A stretch of DNA of 32,393 bases from Nemertoderma westbladi (taxonomy: Eukaryota > Animalia > Xenacoelomorpha), in the NCBI GenBank assembly GCA_032718475.1, contig JAUCBJ010003613.1, forward strand, positions 1 to 32,393, read 5' to 3'. Each line of letters begins with the position of its first letter. The stretch's first letter is position 1. Shown here piece after piece: positions 10,950 to 22,312 of the stretch. The position numbers were made by a program, and so were the translations under genes. A model generated the notes under the pieces. It was not told where the DNA came from, searched no databases, and worked only from the letters and a program-made list of their open reading frames with translations.

Positions 10950-13733
10950 TCAGTCAGGAGTAGTTAGGGGGAGCTCACTGTCAGTTTCTTTCTCATACGT
11001 AAGTGCTTGATACACTGCGGTATTTATTAGGTAACAAGATTCGTTTTCGTCGGAGAATTCATCCGTATAGAATCCTTCCATCTCAGAACTTTGATCAGTG
11101 TCGTTCACATCACTGAATTGGACATGTAGTTCGGACTCACTTACCTGACTCGGGCTGTTTCTTTCGAATTCAGTGTGCAACAAGATATAATGTTTCGCGC
11201 CGCACTTTGCACACCTAGCATCTGAGTAACAGGTCCGCCGTTGGTGTCCTCGTCTGAGACAATTATAACACAACCGCTTATCCCACATGACTTCACGTCT
11301 ATCTTTTAGTGATTTCTTTAAAAATTTATCACATACACTTAAACGGTGGGGCCCGTCGCACAGCGCACATTTTGGTTTGATGTTACTCACCTTACCTTGG
11401 GTAACGTTGTGCACTCTCGTTCTTTCCTCGGGCTTTCTTCCGTGAACTCTATTAGGAGACGTAGGAGGAGTTTTTCTTACCTGTTCTCTCCTGTCATTGG
11501 TTCGAGACTTAAATTTACTTACGTCTTTAGGCACTTTGTTGACATAGTAAGATCTTTCAGTGTCTTTCCCGCTATCCTCCTCTTGAGAGGCCTGGCTTTC
11601 GGCGTCGTCTGTATAACACACTGGTGTTACCTTTCTCCTAGAAACGGGTTTCTCACTTACCTTATTTTCCGGTGTCTTCTCTCTGGACTGCTTTAGGAGC
11701 TGTAATTTTACCTCTCCATCTAAGAATGACATGAGATCAGCCATGGTAGGGTCTCGTCGTTGTTGTTCCATCATATATAAGACTTTCTTGTCCCAGCGTG
11801 TACCTACTCCACCCTTTGGTAAAGTAGAGGCCACGGCTCCAATAACCATAGAACTCTGATATTCATGAGACTTACCTAGCCAATCTAATTGTCTACAGAT
11901 CTCCTGAATCTCATCGGAAAACTCTATAATCCCGCTGCTAATGAACTTTCGGGGCGCTACCAATTTTGCATACAAATACCTAGCTATGTTATTCCTATTA
12001 CCATACCTGATGTTTAGTGTATTCCAAACTTGTCTTAATCCATCTGGATGTCCAATAAACTTTAACGCCATTAACTTGGGAGATCCTTCCAAGCACTCGA
12101 TGAGGAATCTAAGTTTCTCTCCGTTAGATAGCGCAGAGTTCTGTATGTTATCTTTATAATATTCATTAAAAGGTAACCATTTCATCTCATCTCCATTGAA
12201 TTTGACGATCTCTCCCACCTTTACCGCTTGACGGGCTTCGGTTCTAGCCATTTGACGCGTAAAACTTTCTTGGGCCATCGTGTTATTTAATATCGAGTTA
12301 TCGGTATATAAATTTCTCGGATTATTATCAGGTCTATATGGAATATCATTGTCAACAGGTTTATAATTACCCTTAATAGGGTTTACTATAGGAGTTTCTA
12401 CTTCACTAGCAGTATAGATGCGTGTAGGCTCCACACCTTGCACATTAAATACTTCAGACCTAACAGGTTGACACATTGTTACAGGGGGTGGTGGTATACC
12501 CTTTTGTGTATTTACTAATTTATCGCGTTCTAACGCGATACTCTGCTGCACTTCTTGCAACTCTAACCTACTTTCCCTTACTGTTCCCTTGAACTGTTGA
12601 ACAGTCTCCTGCATCTGTCCGAGCAGGAGATCCATCCCCCGCCGTCTCTCATCCACCCACTCGACCGCCGAAGCGGGAGCCGCCAACATAGTAGCGGGCG
12701 GACGAGGGACAATGGGCGACAAATCATTGATATTTCGCTCGGAGTCCAGGCCAGGAACTGTCTCAGGGGTTGTTCTGTTGGGCACAGGTAGTTTAGTGCT
12801 GTGCAAAGGGAATTTAGAGGTAGGTTCTGGGAGTACAGGTGTCTCTATCACCGAAGGGGTGGCTTCAAGAACAGGCCTAATTATTTCAGGCTCATCTACT
12901 ATAGTAGGGAGTCTTTTGACTCCAATAATTTGGTCTGTGGGTTCTGTACTACCTAAGTCTGTGCTAGCTAGTTGCCTTCTCACAGCTGGGGGCAAATCAG
13001 GCAATTTCTGACGGTGAGGCATTCTTCTACGTCTGTTGGAACGAGATCTATATCCTCCGTCTTCAGGATCTGTTGTATCGCCTTCATCCGATGATGTAAA
13101 GCCCTGTCTTTTGGGAGTAGATCGACTTATCATCTGCCACTGAGTAGCTGTTCTCTGTTTATCTATGTAGTCTTGCTTCTCTTGCAGATTTTCCAACTCT
13201 AGTTGGGTGGTTTCTTCAGATGCTCTCCATTCTGCTTCTGCCACTGCTATCTTTCTTTCTGCTTCTGCCGCTTTTCTTTCCGCTTCTGCCGCTGCCGCTT
13301 TTCTTTCCGCTTCTACTGCTGCAGCTACCGCTTTTGCCTCTGCCGCTGCCGCTTTTCTTTCCGCTTCTACTGCTGCAGCTGCCGCTTTTGCCGCTGCCTC
13401 TGCCGCTTTTCTTTCCACTTCTGCCGCTTTTCTTTCCGCTTCTGCCGCTGCCACTGCCGCTGCTGCTGTCTTTCTGTCTTCTATACGTTTTTTCTTTACT
13501 TGTACTTCTTGGACCCTAGCGATGCGGCTGCTTTCATCAAATTTAGCTTGGTTCGCAGCTAACATTTCCGCATCTATTGCGTCCAGCACAAACTTGGCTC
13601 CTTCACTATTAGGGCGAAGTCCAGCCAGCCTTCTCCTCAACTCTTCGTCACCTAGAAATCGTTGATAGTCTGACAGATAGATGTCAATAGCGTCCTTCTT
13701 CTGCAGTTTCTCTGCTGTCGATTCGCTTTCCAC
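10950..13733 (-). CDS. gag: BEL/Pao Gag (DUF1759-like capsid region plus triple zinc knuckle) with an Ala/Glu/Lys-rich helical repeat
   Basis: KFNGDEMKWLPF...LSNGEKLRFLIECLEG...WNTLNIRYG; CALCDGPHRLSVC, CYNCLRRGHQRRTC, CAKCGAKHYILLH. The frame is open from 13826 with no ATG near its start. Confidence 0.92.
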   Translation of the reverse strand: MESESTAEKLQKKDAIDIYLSDYQRFLGDEELRRRLAGLRPNSEGAKFVLDAIDAEMLAANQAKFDESSRIARVQEVQVKKKRIEDRKTAAAAVAAAEAERKAAEVERKAAEAAAKAAAAAVEAERKAAAAEAKAVAAAVEAERKAAAAEAERKAAEAERKIAVAEAEWRASEETTQLELENLQEKQDYIDKQRTATQWQMISRSTPKRQGFTSSDEGDTTDPEDGGYRSRSNRRRRMPHRQKLPDLPPAVRRQLASTDLGSTEPTDQIIGVKRLPTIVDEPEIIRPVLEATPSVIETPVLPEPTSKFPLHSTKLPVPNRTTPETVPGLDSERNINDLSPIVPRPPATMLAAPASAVEWVDERRRGMDLLLGQMQETVQQFKGTVRESRLELQEVQQSIALERDKLVNTQKGIPPPPVTMCQPVRSEVFNVQGVEPTRIYTASEVETPIVNPIKGNYKPVDNDIPYRPDNNPRNLYTDNSILNNTMAQESFTRQMARTEARQAVKVGEIVKFNGDEMKWLPFNEYYKDNIQNSALSNGEKLRFLIECLEGSPKLMALKFIGHPDGLRQVWNTLNIRYGNRNNIARYLYAKLVAPRKFISSGIIEFSDEIQEICRQLDWLGKSHEYQSSMVIGAVASTLPKGGVGTRWDKKVLYMMEQQRRDPTMADLMSFLDGEVKLQLLKQSREKTPENKVSEKPVSRRKVTPVCYTDDAESQASQEEDSGKDTERSYYVNKVPKDVSKFKSRTNDRREQVRKTPPTSPNRVHGRKPEERTRVHNVTQGKVSNIKPKCALCDGPHRLSVCDKFLKKSLKDRREVMWDKRLCYNCLRRGHQRRTCYSDARCAKCGAKHYILLHTEFERNSPSQVSESELHVQFSDVNDTDQSSEMEGFYTDEFSDENESCYLINTAVYQALTYEKETDSELPLTTPD

Positions 13734-14652
13734 TTGAGAAAAGGTAGCCTGATAGCCTTGATTCTCCGTGGGTTGAGCGCTCAGCCAGCTGAAATTTCCA
13801 CTGGGCCGTTCCTTGAACCTTGAGACTCACCCGCTGGAACCAAGTCTTTACGGCAACTTGCAACGACGTGTCTTGTCTTCTTTTCGAAGCTTCCTCAAAG
13901 GCCGATAGGATTAGTCTGATTCTTAGAATTCTTTCTCGAACTTGATAAAGCAGCTCTCCCTGCTTTTGAGGTCCCTGGGGTTGTTGAAACAGTTGTTCCT
14001 CTAATCGCTCCAAAGAGCTGAAGAATCCCTGTACATATCCTGCTGCCGACCTCTTCCACACAGCTGGATCACTAGTGTCTTTTGTCACTCCCATCCTGTG
14101 TATGTCTTCCCAGGCAGCTTCCGATAAGTCAAACGGGAGTCCGGGTCCGGGGAAGTTCCATTGCGACTCCACAATAGACTTCAGTTCCTCCCTTGTGTAT
14201 CCCGCATAACTGTCTTTGGTCGATCGCTTACTTCTCGCCCAATCAATTTGGTGTTCCTCCACCGCAATCAATACCCTAGTGAGTACGGCTGCAGGAAGAA
14301 TGAGAAGGGGATCCGAATAAACCGCATCTGCCATCTTTGCTCCGCGCTCGGGTGTCAGCTCTACAGTATCCGAACTACTGGAGCTATCGGGCTGCTGAGA
14401 AATAAGTTCTCGGCTAGGGTGTCGCTGCTGTTTGACAGCTGCTTCTTGATCCCGCTTGACTTGAGCCCGAGTGCCTATGATAGACCTACGGTGTTGGACT
14501 AGCCTAGGGTCTGATACTACTACTGGAGGGATGATCTTTCTTACAGTAGGAGGTGAGATGAACTTCGGTCTCAAACGTTCAGCACTCCTATCTGGGTCAC
14601 AGATGGTTGTATCTAGGAGACTGTCTGACAGGTTTTGCTTTGTGTCAGACAT
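13684..14652 (-). CDS. 322-aa upstream ORF, probably the N-terminal part of Gag (joined by a +1 frameshift)
   Basis: ATG in AAACATG context; overlaps the open gag frame by 143 nt (13684-13826); no recognisable domain. Confidence 0.7.
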   Translation of the reverse strand: MSDTKQNLSDSLLDTTICDPDRSAERLRPKFISPPTVRKIIPPVVVSDPRLVQHRRSIIGTRAQVKRDQEAAVKQQRHPSRELISQQPDSSSSSDTVELTPERGAKMADAVYSDPLLILPAAVLTRVLIAVEEHQIDWARSKRSTKDSYAGYTREELKSIVESQWNFPGPGLPFDLSEAAWEDIHRMGVTKDTSDPAVWKRSAAGYVQGFFSSLERLEEQLFQQPQGPQKQGELLYQVRERILRIRLILSAFEEASKRRQDTSLQVAVKTWFQRVSLKVQGTAQWKFQLAERSTHGESRLSGYLFSSGKRIDSRETAEEGRY

Positions 14653-14789
14653 GTTTGTTTGTACAGTTGAATGCCTACTGCTATATTACAGTTAAAGCAA
14701 GTCTAGTAATTCAGTATCAACTATAAGCCTAGTAGTTAATTACCGATATCGTTACTCAGTGTAACGTGATATATATACACAATATATTA

Positions 14790-15040
14790 GAATACCGGTA
14801 TACACTTATAGTATATATAAGTATTATTACAGACTAGGTTTGTCACAGAATACCGGTATATAATTTCAGCACAAATATATATAAATATATAATAAGCCTA
14901 TCGTGAATACCGGTATACAACTTACACTTATAGTATATAAGTATAATTATAGACTAGAATTAATTACAGAATACCGGTATATAATTTCAGCTCAAATTTA
15001 TTGAAATAAATATAATAAGCCTATTATAAATACCGGTATG
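14790..15040. repeat. ~60-bp tandem repeats (5 copies, ~120-bp dimer) centred on the palindrome ATACCGGTAT, in the retroelement 5' leader
   Basis: AATACCGGTAT occurs at ~14791, 14849, 14906, 14970 and 15029 with alternating flanks. Confidence 0.85.
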
Positions 15041-16569
15041 TCAATTATTTTAGAATAATTGAATTTCTGAATTTTAGGGGTTACTTGGTTACTTTACTTT
15101 ACTTTATTACCGTTATTTAAGCAGTAGTCCAACTGATATTAAGACCTAATTGTTGTATGACAGGCCTACTATTTTATAAATCGGTTTGAGTTGATTTATA
15201 ATATATATATATATACCCTTTTATGGGTTTTGTCAATGTTTGAAATAAATGTTATTATTTCTGGGAAGGAGTCACCACACAGAAGCTGTACACTCTCAGT
15301 GAAGTGCTACCTATTGTTTTGGACACTAAAACTAATAATTCTACTTGCCTAAGTTACTTATTACTACAAATTATGTACAATTGCGGGGTGCGATTACAAT
15401 CTCTAAATAAACACAAAAATTATACGTACGTATTTTTAGGGTTAATTTTACAAGAAATCTACAAACCAGCCTAACAAGGGGTTAGAATTTCTGGTTATTA
15501 CAAACGGACAGGATATTTCGGTATTTGAAAATAATAAAGCAGTAGTAAATATATTGCGTTGTCCAGATAGGAAAAATACCACCGTCTTACGACTTATAGC
15601 CGTAGCGCTATAAGTACTATGTTATGTACACGGAGTGTTCCTACCTAGAAGTTAATTACCGCAGCCTACTATAGCTAACGTGCCTATTAACCACTTTACA
15701 ACACAAATATACTGTCTACACACTAATTACCTTCGGAAAGCACTGTACACTAAACCCTAAATTAGGTACAAGTACTTATACAACAAATAACCAGCAGTTA
15801 AAAATACTTGTACAGCTAAAAGAACCACGGTATCTGCCGGAGTGACCAGAGCATAAAATCACCAGTCTTTACCTACGCCAAACAGCCCTGATGTAGTACC
15901 GGGGTTAATTTAACTATAACGGTATGTATAACAAGCACAATTACTGTATGAATAAACTTGGGGTTGTGAATGTTGCGAATAATCGCATAAACTCTGAATA
16001 ATAAATATTACGCTACCCGTACAGACTATACAAACAAAATACAAACCAAATGCTGGCAGACTACTATCAAGCCTAAATAAACTACAGTATATGCAGACTC
16101 CGAAATGGTTAGTTAGTATGCGTTCTAACCGAGTAGTACGACTTATTCTTTCGGGGGGATTTACCTTACAGCACTGGATGCCCCCACATTCCTAACTTGT
16201 ACTTTATCGGACATACACTCTACACACACACAATCTCTTCGGACCTGACAACAGCCAGACAACAATCCAGCCTACAAATTATTTATACAATCTGAGCAGG
16301 CTTACACGCCTTCTGCTCAATATTAACTTACAAATAAATAAAACTGACAGAAATAGGCCTAAGTAAAATCCCAATAAAAAACCAGGCGTCCCCGATTAAA
16401 TATTAAGACCTACCGGTATATAATTATCAAAATCGAATAATACTGCTGTACCTGTACTGCTGTAGGTACCGGTTCGGGCGGTTAGGCAGTCAGGCCTACT
16501 GGTTACCGGTCGACCGGTACTTTTCGACTTTATTGCCTACGTTGCAATAAAGAAAGCAATAACTGTTAT

Positions 16570-17731
16570 TGTTCGCGCTTTTAGACCTTTAGCAGTTTAA
16601 CCTGCCAAATTTAGGTGTCTTCTAGGTTATAAATCGACTTTAGCCTATAACAAGTATTTGATACACATAAGTTACATTAGCCGAAGCCAGCCTATGCGCG
16701 ATCATTCACCCACGGTTAAGGGAGACTGGATTCGGATGCTCTGACCTTATTGCGGTGTAGGCCTACTGTATTATTCGATTGATCGTTAATATATAATCTC
16801 TGACAAATATTATTCACTTTCGGGAAATATTAACAGTTCCTTTAGGACGTGGCGTTCTAAGTATGTAAACAGAGTTATGACTTACACTAAACACAACGGG
16901 ATGGCTAATGATTTACGTATAAAGCGCATTCTTTAGGAAATGCTTTGTTATCTATCACACTCATGCACACTACCGTACACTGCTGCACACTGATCTGCCG
17001 ACCTTCACTAATTTTAATCATATATAAGGAGAACAGCAACTGACACATGTAGGGTCTATGAAATAGCATTCAATTCACTCCAAAACCACTATAATGTAAG
17101 TCGCAATTGCTATATGTAACCGGTCTCTCTAACCTTTAGTATATCAAGAAGATTGGGGTTTTATGATTATTTATCGATATTCTCCAAATATAACAACATT
17201 CCATCAACTGATACAATTAATAACCGACAGTAAATAGCAGTAAAATAATGCGGTGTTTGTATGTGATAAGGTTGTGATAAGTTCGATAACAGTTATAAGT
17301 TTCTATGATCAAAGCCGTTCTAATGTTTGGCTAAAGTCTGAAACACAGAATAATTCCACAGCCGATGTTTTGGGCTCAGGAAAAAGGTAAACAAAGACCA
17401 TAATGCATTGCGCGATTTCCCGGAGGCTTCTGTACAAATAAAATGAAAATCGCTCTGATTGGTCGAGCCGAACAAAGAACAAAGAAAAGCTCTACGTGGA
17501 CATATCAGCTGATTGATGTCGTCATCTGAACTACACTGTATCAAGAGTATTTTGGCGTACTGCGGCACAAAATCGCTAGTTATGTCCGATAAAGTACAAC
17601 ATACAGAAAAATGGCTTTTTATGTCCACTAAAACATCTACACAGTAAGAAAACGGCTTTTTTTGTCCGCTAAAACATCTACAGAGTACTTTGCAGGAAAA
17701 ATGACTAGCTAGATCCGCCAAAGCCTTTACA
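16570..17731 (-). repeat. 5' LTR (1162 bp)
   Basis: Direct repeat of 5127-6291 with TG...CA ends. Confidence 0.95.
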
Positions 17732-18070
17732 ATGCGAAGCCATGTGGTTTATAGGAATATAATAAACGCAGTACTCGTCTTCATTATAAGCCTTGTTGAG
17801 TTCGTCCTGTTTTGTATTTAAATATATTTCTTAAACGCAGGCTGACGATCTTTATAATAATAATAACAAGGGATGCGTTCAATATGTGAAGCCAGGTGGT
17901 TTATATAATAATAATAGTCAATGCAGTACTCGTCTTCATTATAAGTCTCGTTGTACTCGTCCTGTTTTGTATTTAAATATCTTTCCTAAACGAAGGCTGA
18001 CGATCTTTATAATGCGTTCAATAGGCAAAGCCAGGTAATGGTTTTGGTTTATAGGATTATAGTCTACGCA
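17732..18070 (+). repeat. ~140-150-bp tandem repeats (CGTTCAATATGCGAAGCC...GGCTGACGATCTTTATAA), continuing the array at 4620-5126
   Basis: Units at 17732, ~17876 and ~18013 (partial) are homologous to 4620-4860. Confidence 0.9.
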
Positions 18071-19119
18071 GCACTCATTCCTCATGAGCCCGAGTTATAG
18101 TGTGGCAATGTGGATGCAGTAGTTGCACCCGACCAGCCGGAAACTCGGAGCAATATGCCTACTGCTTGTACAATGCGTGTCAATTTCAACACCGCCGGGC
18201 ACTGGGTGATGGCAGAGTGAGATTAAAAAACCGGATTATTTCATCCTCGGTTACGGTTAGTCCAGTTTGCCCGTAGCGGCAGCGATACCGAAAGTCGAGG
18301 TCAACAGACAGAGGCGGCCTTGGTGGTGAGTTGTTTGATTTCAATTCCAACACTTTTCTGGGCAGCTGGGTAGACTCTGGTAGTCAGGTAGTGGGTACCT
18401 GATCTTAGAATGCCGGTCAGCTGGTTAGTCTGCATAACTTCCATTGTTTCAGTTGCCGAGTCGATGGATGGTTGGTAGGGGTAGGCCTATTGCTATTGTT
18501 GTATTGGCAGATTGGTATGTACATCTACATCTGATTATACCAGTTGCCGGTGGCGTCGGTCGTACCAATACATAGTCTTTAATTAACATATTTAACCATT
18601 AACAAGAGTAGAAACCGCAAACGAAGAAATTCATTTTCTTCCGTCTCTGACAGGAGCGAAGAAATGCGGTAGGCCTATAGTGCTGTCGTAGTTCAGTACT
18701 GGTACCGTACCGGTAGTTCTGTAGCTGGCAGTTGCTACCAGTCCGGTTCTACAGTCTGACAGTAGTAGGGCAGTACGGCGCCAACGGACCCTCTAATCTA
18801 ATTCAGGACCGCAGTCCAGCACTCCGGAGTCCGCACTGCAGTGCATACCATGGCTAATTAGAGCCTACAGAATTAGGACTGTCCTGTACCAGTATACGTG
18901 ATCTATAATCACTGCACCGGTACCGCGGTACCAGTCAGCCAGTACCGTAAAACACCGAATACTGTATGGTATTGCAGTATTGCTGTATTGTCTGATTGCA
19001 GGATTCCTGATTCAGGGATTGACATTGAGTATAGTACCGTTACAGGCAGACAGGCCACAATGGTCTGATGGTATTACTGCAGTACTGTAATTTCGTAATT
19101 TGCTAGAAACCCAGCTGAT

Positions 19120-20520
19120 TTAGTCTCCTAGCAACCTGCTGATGTCAAGCGTTATAATTTTGGATAAATAAATGTATTATAACTGTAAGACAGTTACACT
19201 GGTGCTGCACGAAGGCCCCAAGCAAATTCAACTTGGAAAATTTCTAAACTTTTGACAGACTATTTGTGTACCAAGTTTGGTTACATTTCATCGAGGATTG
19301 ATTGAGTTATTAACGTTTAAAATTGAACATCGCAAAAAAAGCGACAGAACGACAGGTTGATTAATGGTACCCCTACGCTAAGGCTCGCTCACTTCGTGGC
19401 TCGCCCCACATTCGCATTCCCATTGAAGAGCAACTGGCTGTTCTACACACACATCCTTCCCATCCTATGTACCAGCACCATGCCAACTTGGATGTTAACC
19501 AATAAATGAGCAGTATTTAATGAGAATCAATTTTTTATGCCGTTTTAATTACTTTAGATCAATTAAAGACACAATTATTAAAGCAAATCACTTGAACTAA
19601 TTAAAAACTATAATAGAATGGGGTATGTGGATTACATCTGTATAATTTTTAAGTATAATTATTTAAATCTTATACTGTAAAATAATTAATTTCCTTTAAA
19701 AGGCAGGTTGAAAGTGCTGTTTTTGCCGTAATAAATTTAATTAACTAATTAACTGCTATTATCTTAGCTTCTCGAAGGTCACACGAAAATTCAACTTGGA
19801 AAATTTCTAAAATTTTGCCAAACAACATGTGTACCAAGAAAGCGATAGAACGACAGGTTGATTAATGGTACCACTACGCTAAAGGCTCACTCACTTCGTG
19901 GCTCGCCCCACAATAACAGACACACCGATGGAGTTAGTGGTACCTGTATGCTAAGCTCGCTTACTTTCGTCTCTCGCCCCACAATCTTACATATACACGA
20001 TAGGTGGTGTCAAATTGTTATTCTGCAATTTCGTACTTATCAAGGACTACTATACTGAGTATCATGTGAGTATATAGTAGTCCTTGGTACTTATCAGTGC
20101 TGGACAGTAGAGCAGTACCGTACCGGTAGGCCTATGTCATTACTTCTGAGTCTCTCGCGGATCCCAAATTAAATGTATTAAAAGACAGACTTCATGATTC
20201 TCTACCTACAAGCAACCAAAATTTCAGCTCATTAAAATGAGGCGTTCCCGAGAAATTTAACATTTTCTAAAAACCACATAATCTGTCATAGCTGACGTCA
20301 GGCTGCATGATTTTTCTCCAAACTTTACAAATTTTCTAAACTTTCCCTCTACTACTTATTACCTTCTAAGTTTGGTTTAATTCCGAACTAGCGATGCTGA
20401 GAAATTCGCCTTCAAACATTTACCAGAGAGACGGAGAGACAGACGGACATGCCCCATTTGCCCTATATAAGTATATGAACCGTATGCCAAGGCTCGCCGA
20501 CTACGTGTCTCGCCCCACAA
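19120..20520 (+). mobile_element. Cluster of degenerate HINE/Helitron-like non-autonomous modules
   Basis: Modules at 19122-19410 and 19785-19985 are homologous to 4105-4330. 20150-20520 has CCAAAATTTCAGCTC...AAGTTTGGT...GAGACAGACGGAC. The terminal motif GCTAAGGCTCGC...CTCGCCCCACA recurs four times. Confidence 0.5.
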
Positions 20521-20924
20521 TAGGTACTGAAGTATTGGTAATAAATTAATATTTTATGGCTTGCTGCCAAAGTAACCAATCACAGGATTCCAGGCTGCCA
20601 TAAGTTGTAGGCCTAAGACAACAGATGGAATATGAGACATAATCATTTTAAACTCCCGGGCTGTACTGTAACTTAGAGTTTAGAGTAGGCTACGTCTTAC
20701 CAGTAGTGGAGACGTTGCTAGTGAAATCAATGTGTTCTATAATTTATTTCGACTTATGACTCATTACGATATACTGTACTGTTGTACGTACGTCTTACGA
20801 GAGGAGCACCGCCTTAGTCATTACATAAATATTGTGTATTTGAAAACTATAATATTGAAAATTTTGTGTAATCCAACAGTTATTTATATTATTTTATGTT
20901 GGCTGGTAGGCCCTATCATAAATT

Positions 20925-21095
20925 ATGTCGTCACAACTCCATAAATTTGAAGGCGCATCGTTCCTAGACACCCATTTCCATATATGGGACCTTAAACATT
21001 GCGATCCCGTGTTCCCAACGCCAGACATGGTTCGCCTGACGAGGGATTATACAATAGAAGATCTAATGGAAGCCATACGTTGTACACCAATAAAG
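20925..21095 (+). CDS. Amidohydrolase_2 family (L-fuconolactonase-like) gene, coding exon 1
   Basis: MSSQLHKFEGASFLDTHFHIWDL contains the DxHxH motif. 57 codons, then a GT donor at 21096 (phase 0). Confidence 0.88.
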
Positions 21096-21774
21096 GTGAT
21101 TACTGTGTATTCATTAAGTTAATTTTGTAAAGAGTTGAGTACCGTATTCTTTATATACTGTATCTTATTCTGTAAGCCTACATTTAGTTTTTTATTTGCA
21201 GTTTTAGTTTCAGTTCGGTGTAAAACCCTGCACAGCCTACTGTACATCGACAAATATGATAATGTAACCTGTGATCTTGACACTCGTTTATTGGTTTGTT
21301 AACATGTAAACTGTTTTCCTCAATTGGAAATTAACATTTAATTAGAATTAGGTTGTCTCTCTGTAGGAGTAGGAGTAGCGTTTACACCCGCGATTGCGCG
21401 ATTGAGCATATGGACGAACGGTCACCTGAGAACCATGGCACACTTACAATATGAATTAGGAAATTGACAAGCCCGATCCATTATTGCATAGAAGTGATGA
21501 AAAATAAGTAGCCTAAGCGCGTATCTAGGCCTAAACGGTATCGCGGCAACCTCATGCCTCATGTCATTAACATCATTGCATTAGGTTAAAAATTATTACA
21601 TTACTGTGTATTGTAATTGTGGTAAAAGGATTGTTTTTTTAAACCTACAGAAAATTTTTTTACTACGCAATTAAAAAAAAGTGGTTAACTGATAGCCAAA
21701 GGCTAGACCATCTTTAATTGGGATAAGTTTATTGTTATTCAGGTAAGCCTAATTCATTATTTTTATTGTTACAG

Positions 21775-21936
21775 GGCGCCATTCACGTGCAGGTAACTCA
21801 CACGAAGAAGGAAAACAAATGGATAGCCAATATTGCTAAGAACCACCCAGTGGGGGCTGTAATCAAAGGCATAGTGGCTTGGATGGATCTGTTTACCGAG
21901 ACTCCTGAGTCTGATGTATCAGAACTGAAAGCAGAG
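21775..21936 (+). CDS. Amidohydrolase gene, exon 2
   Basis: Acceptor ttgttacAG; GAIHVQV...IKGIVAWMDL; donor GAG|GTTAG; phase 0/0. Confidence 0.88.
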
Positions 21937-22074
21937 GTTAGCTACCGGTACTGTCGCAGTGCTACTCGGTAGCATGAATCTATCTATCTCTGATATATCT
22001 TTCTCTTAGTAAAATGATACAGTAGGCCTACTAAGACCGTATGGAAATGGTAACATAATGAAATATTTAGAAAT

Positions 22075-22312
22075 ATCAGACTGAGTTGATGTTATACTTC
22101 ACTTTGCAGTTTATGCATAAGTGGAGAATACCAATCACGAAAATCTCAGGTTACAAAAGGGCTGAATCTAACCAAAACAATAAACTAATTAGTTAATCTG
22201 TATACTGTAGGTTGTTATAAGATTTAAATAAGCGCAAGCCGAATTAAAAATTAGAAATTGTATACTGTATATAAAATTTAGACCAAAAAGTGAAAACATG
22301 GTATTCTCAGAC
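22075..22312 (+). mobile_element. Degenerate MITE copy in amidohydrolase intron 2 (family of 31737-31990)
   Basis: Shares TTCACTTTGCAGTT, CAGGTTACA..AGGGCTGAAT..AACCAAAACAATAAAC and AAAAGTGAAA..TGGTATTCT with 31737-31990. Confidence 0.6.

Larger units (their letters stand above)
5127..17731 (-). mobile_element. BEL/Pao-superfamily LTR retrotransposon, non-autonomous (RT/RH/IN deleted), 12.6 kb
   Basis: Direct TG...CA LTRs at 5127-6291 and 16570-17731; 5-bp TSD ATGTG (5122-5126) / ATGCG (17732-17736); Gag with three Cys/His knuckles; LLDSGS protease; BEL/Pao-type NPADxASRG...WxxGPxFL...WP and RPVxxLxLL motifs. Confidence 0.95.

Noticed and set aside
11346-14695. Plus-strand ORFs including Cys/Arg/Phe-, Ala/Ser- and Leu/Pro-rich ones
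   Set aside because: They are antisense shadows of gag and its Ala-rich repeat.
5127-17731. Domesticated single-copy Gag gene, or a plus-strand element
   Set aside because: Near-identical LTRs and a TSD show recent transposition; all coding motifs and the PPT are on the minus strand.
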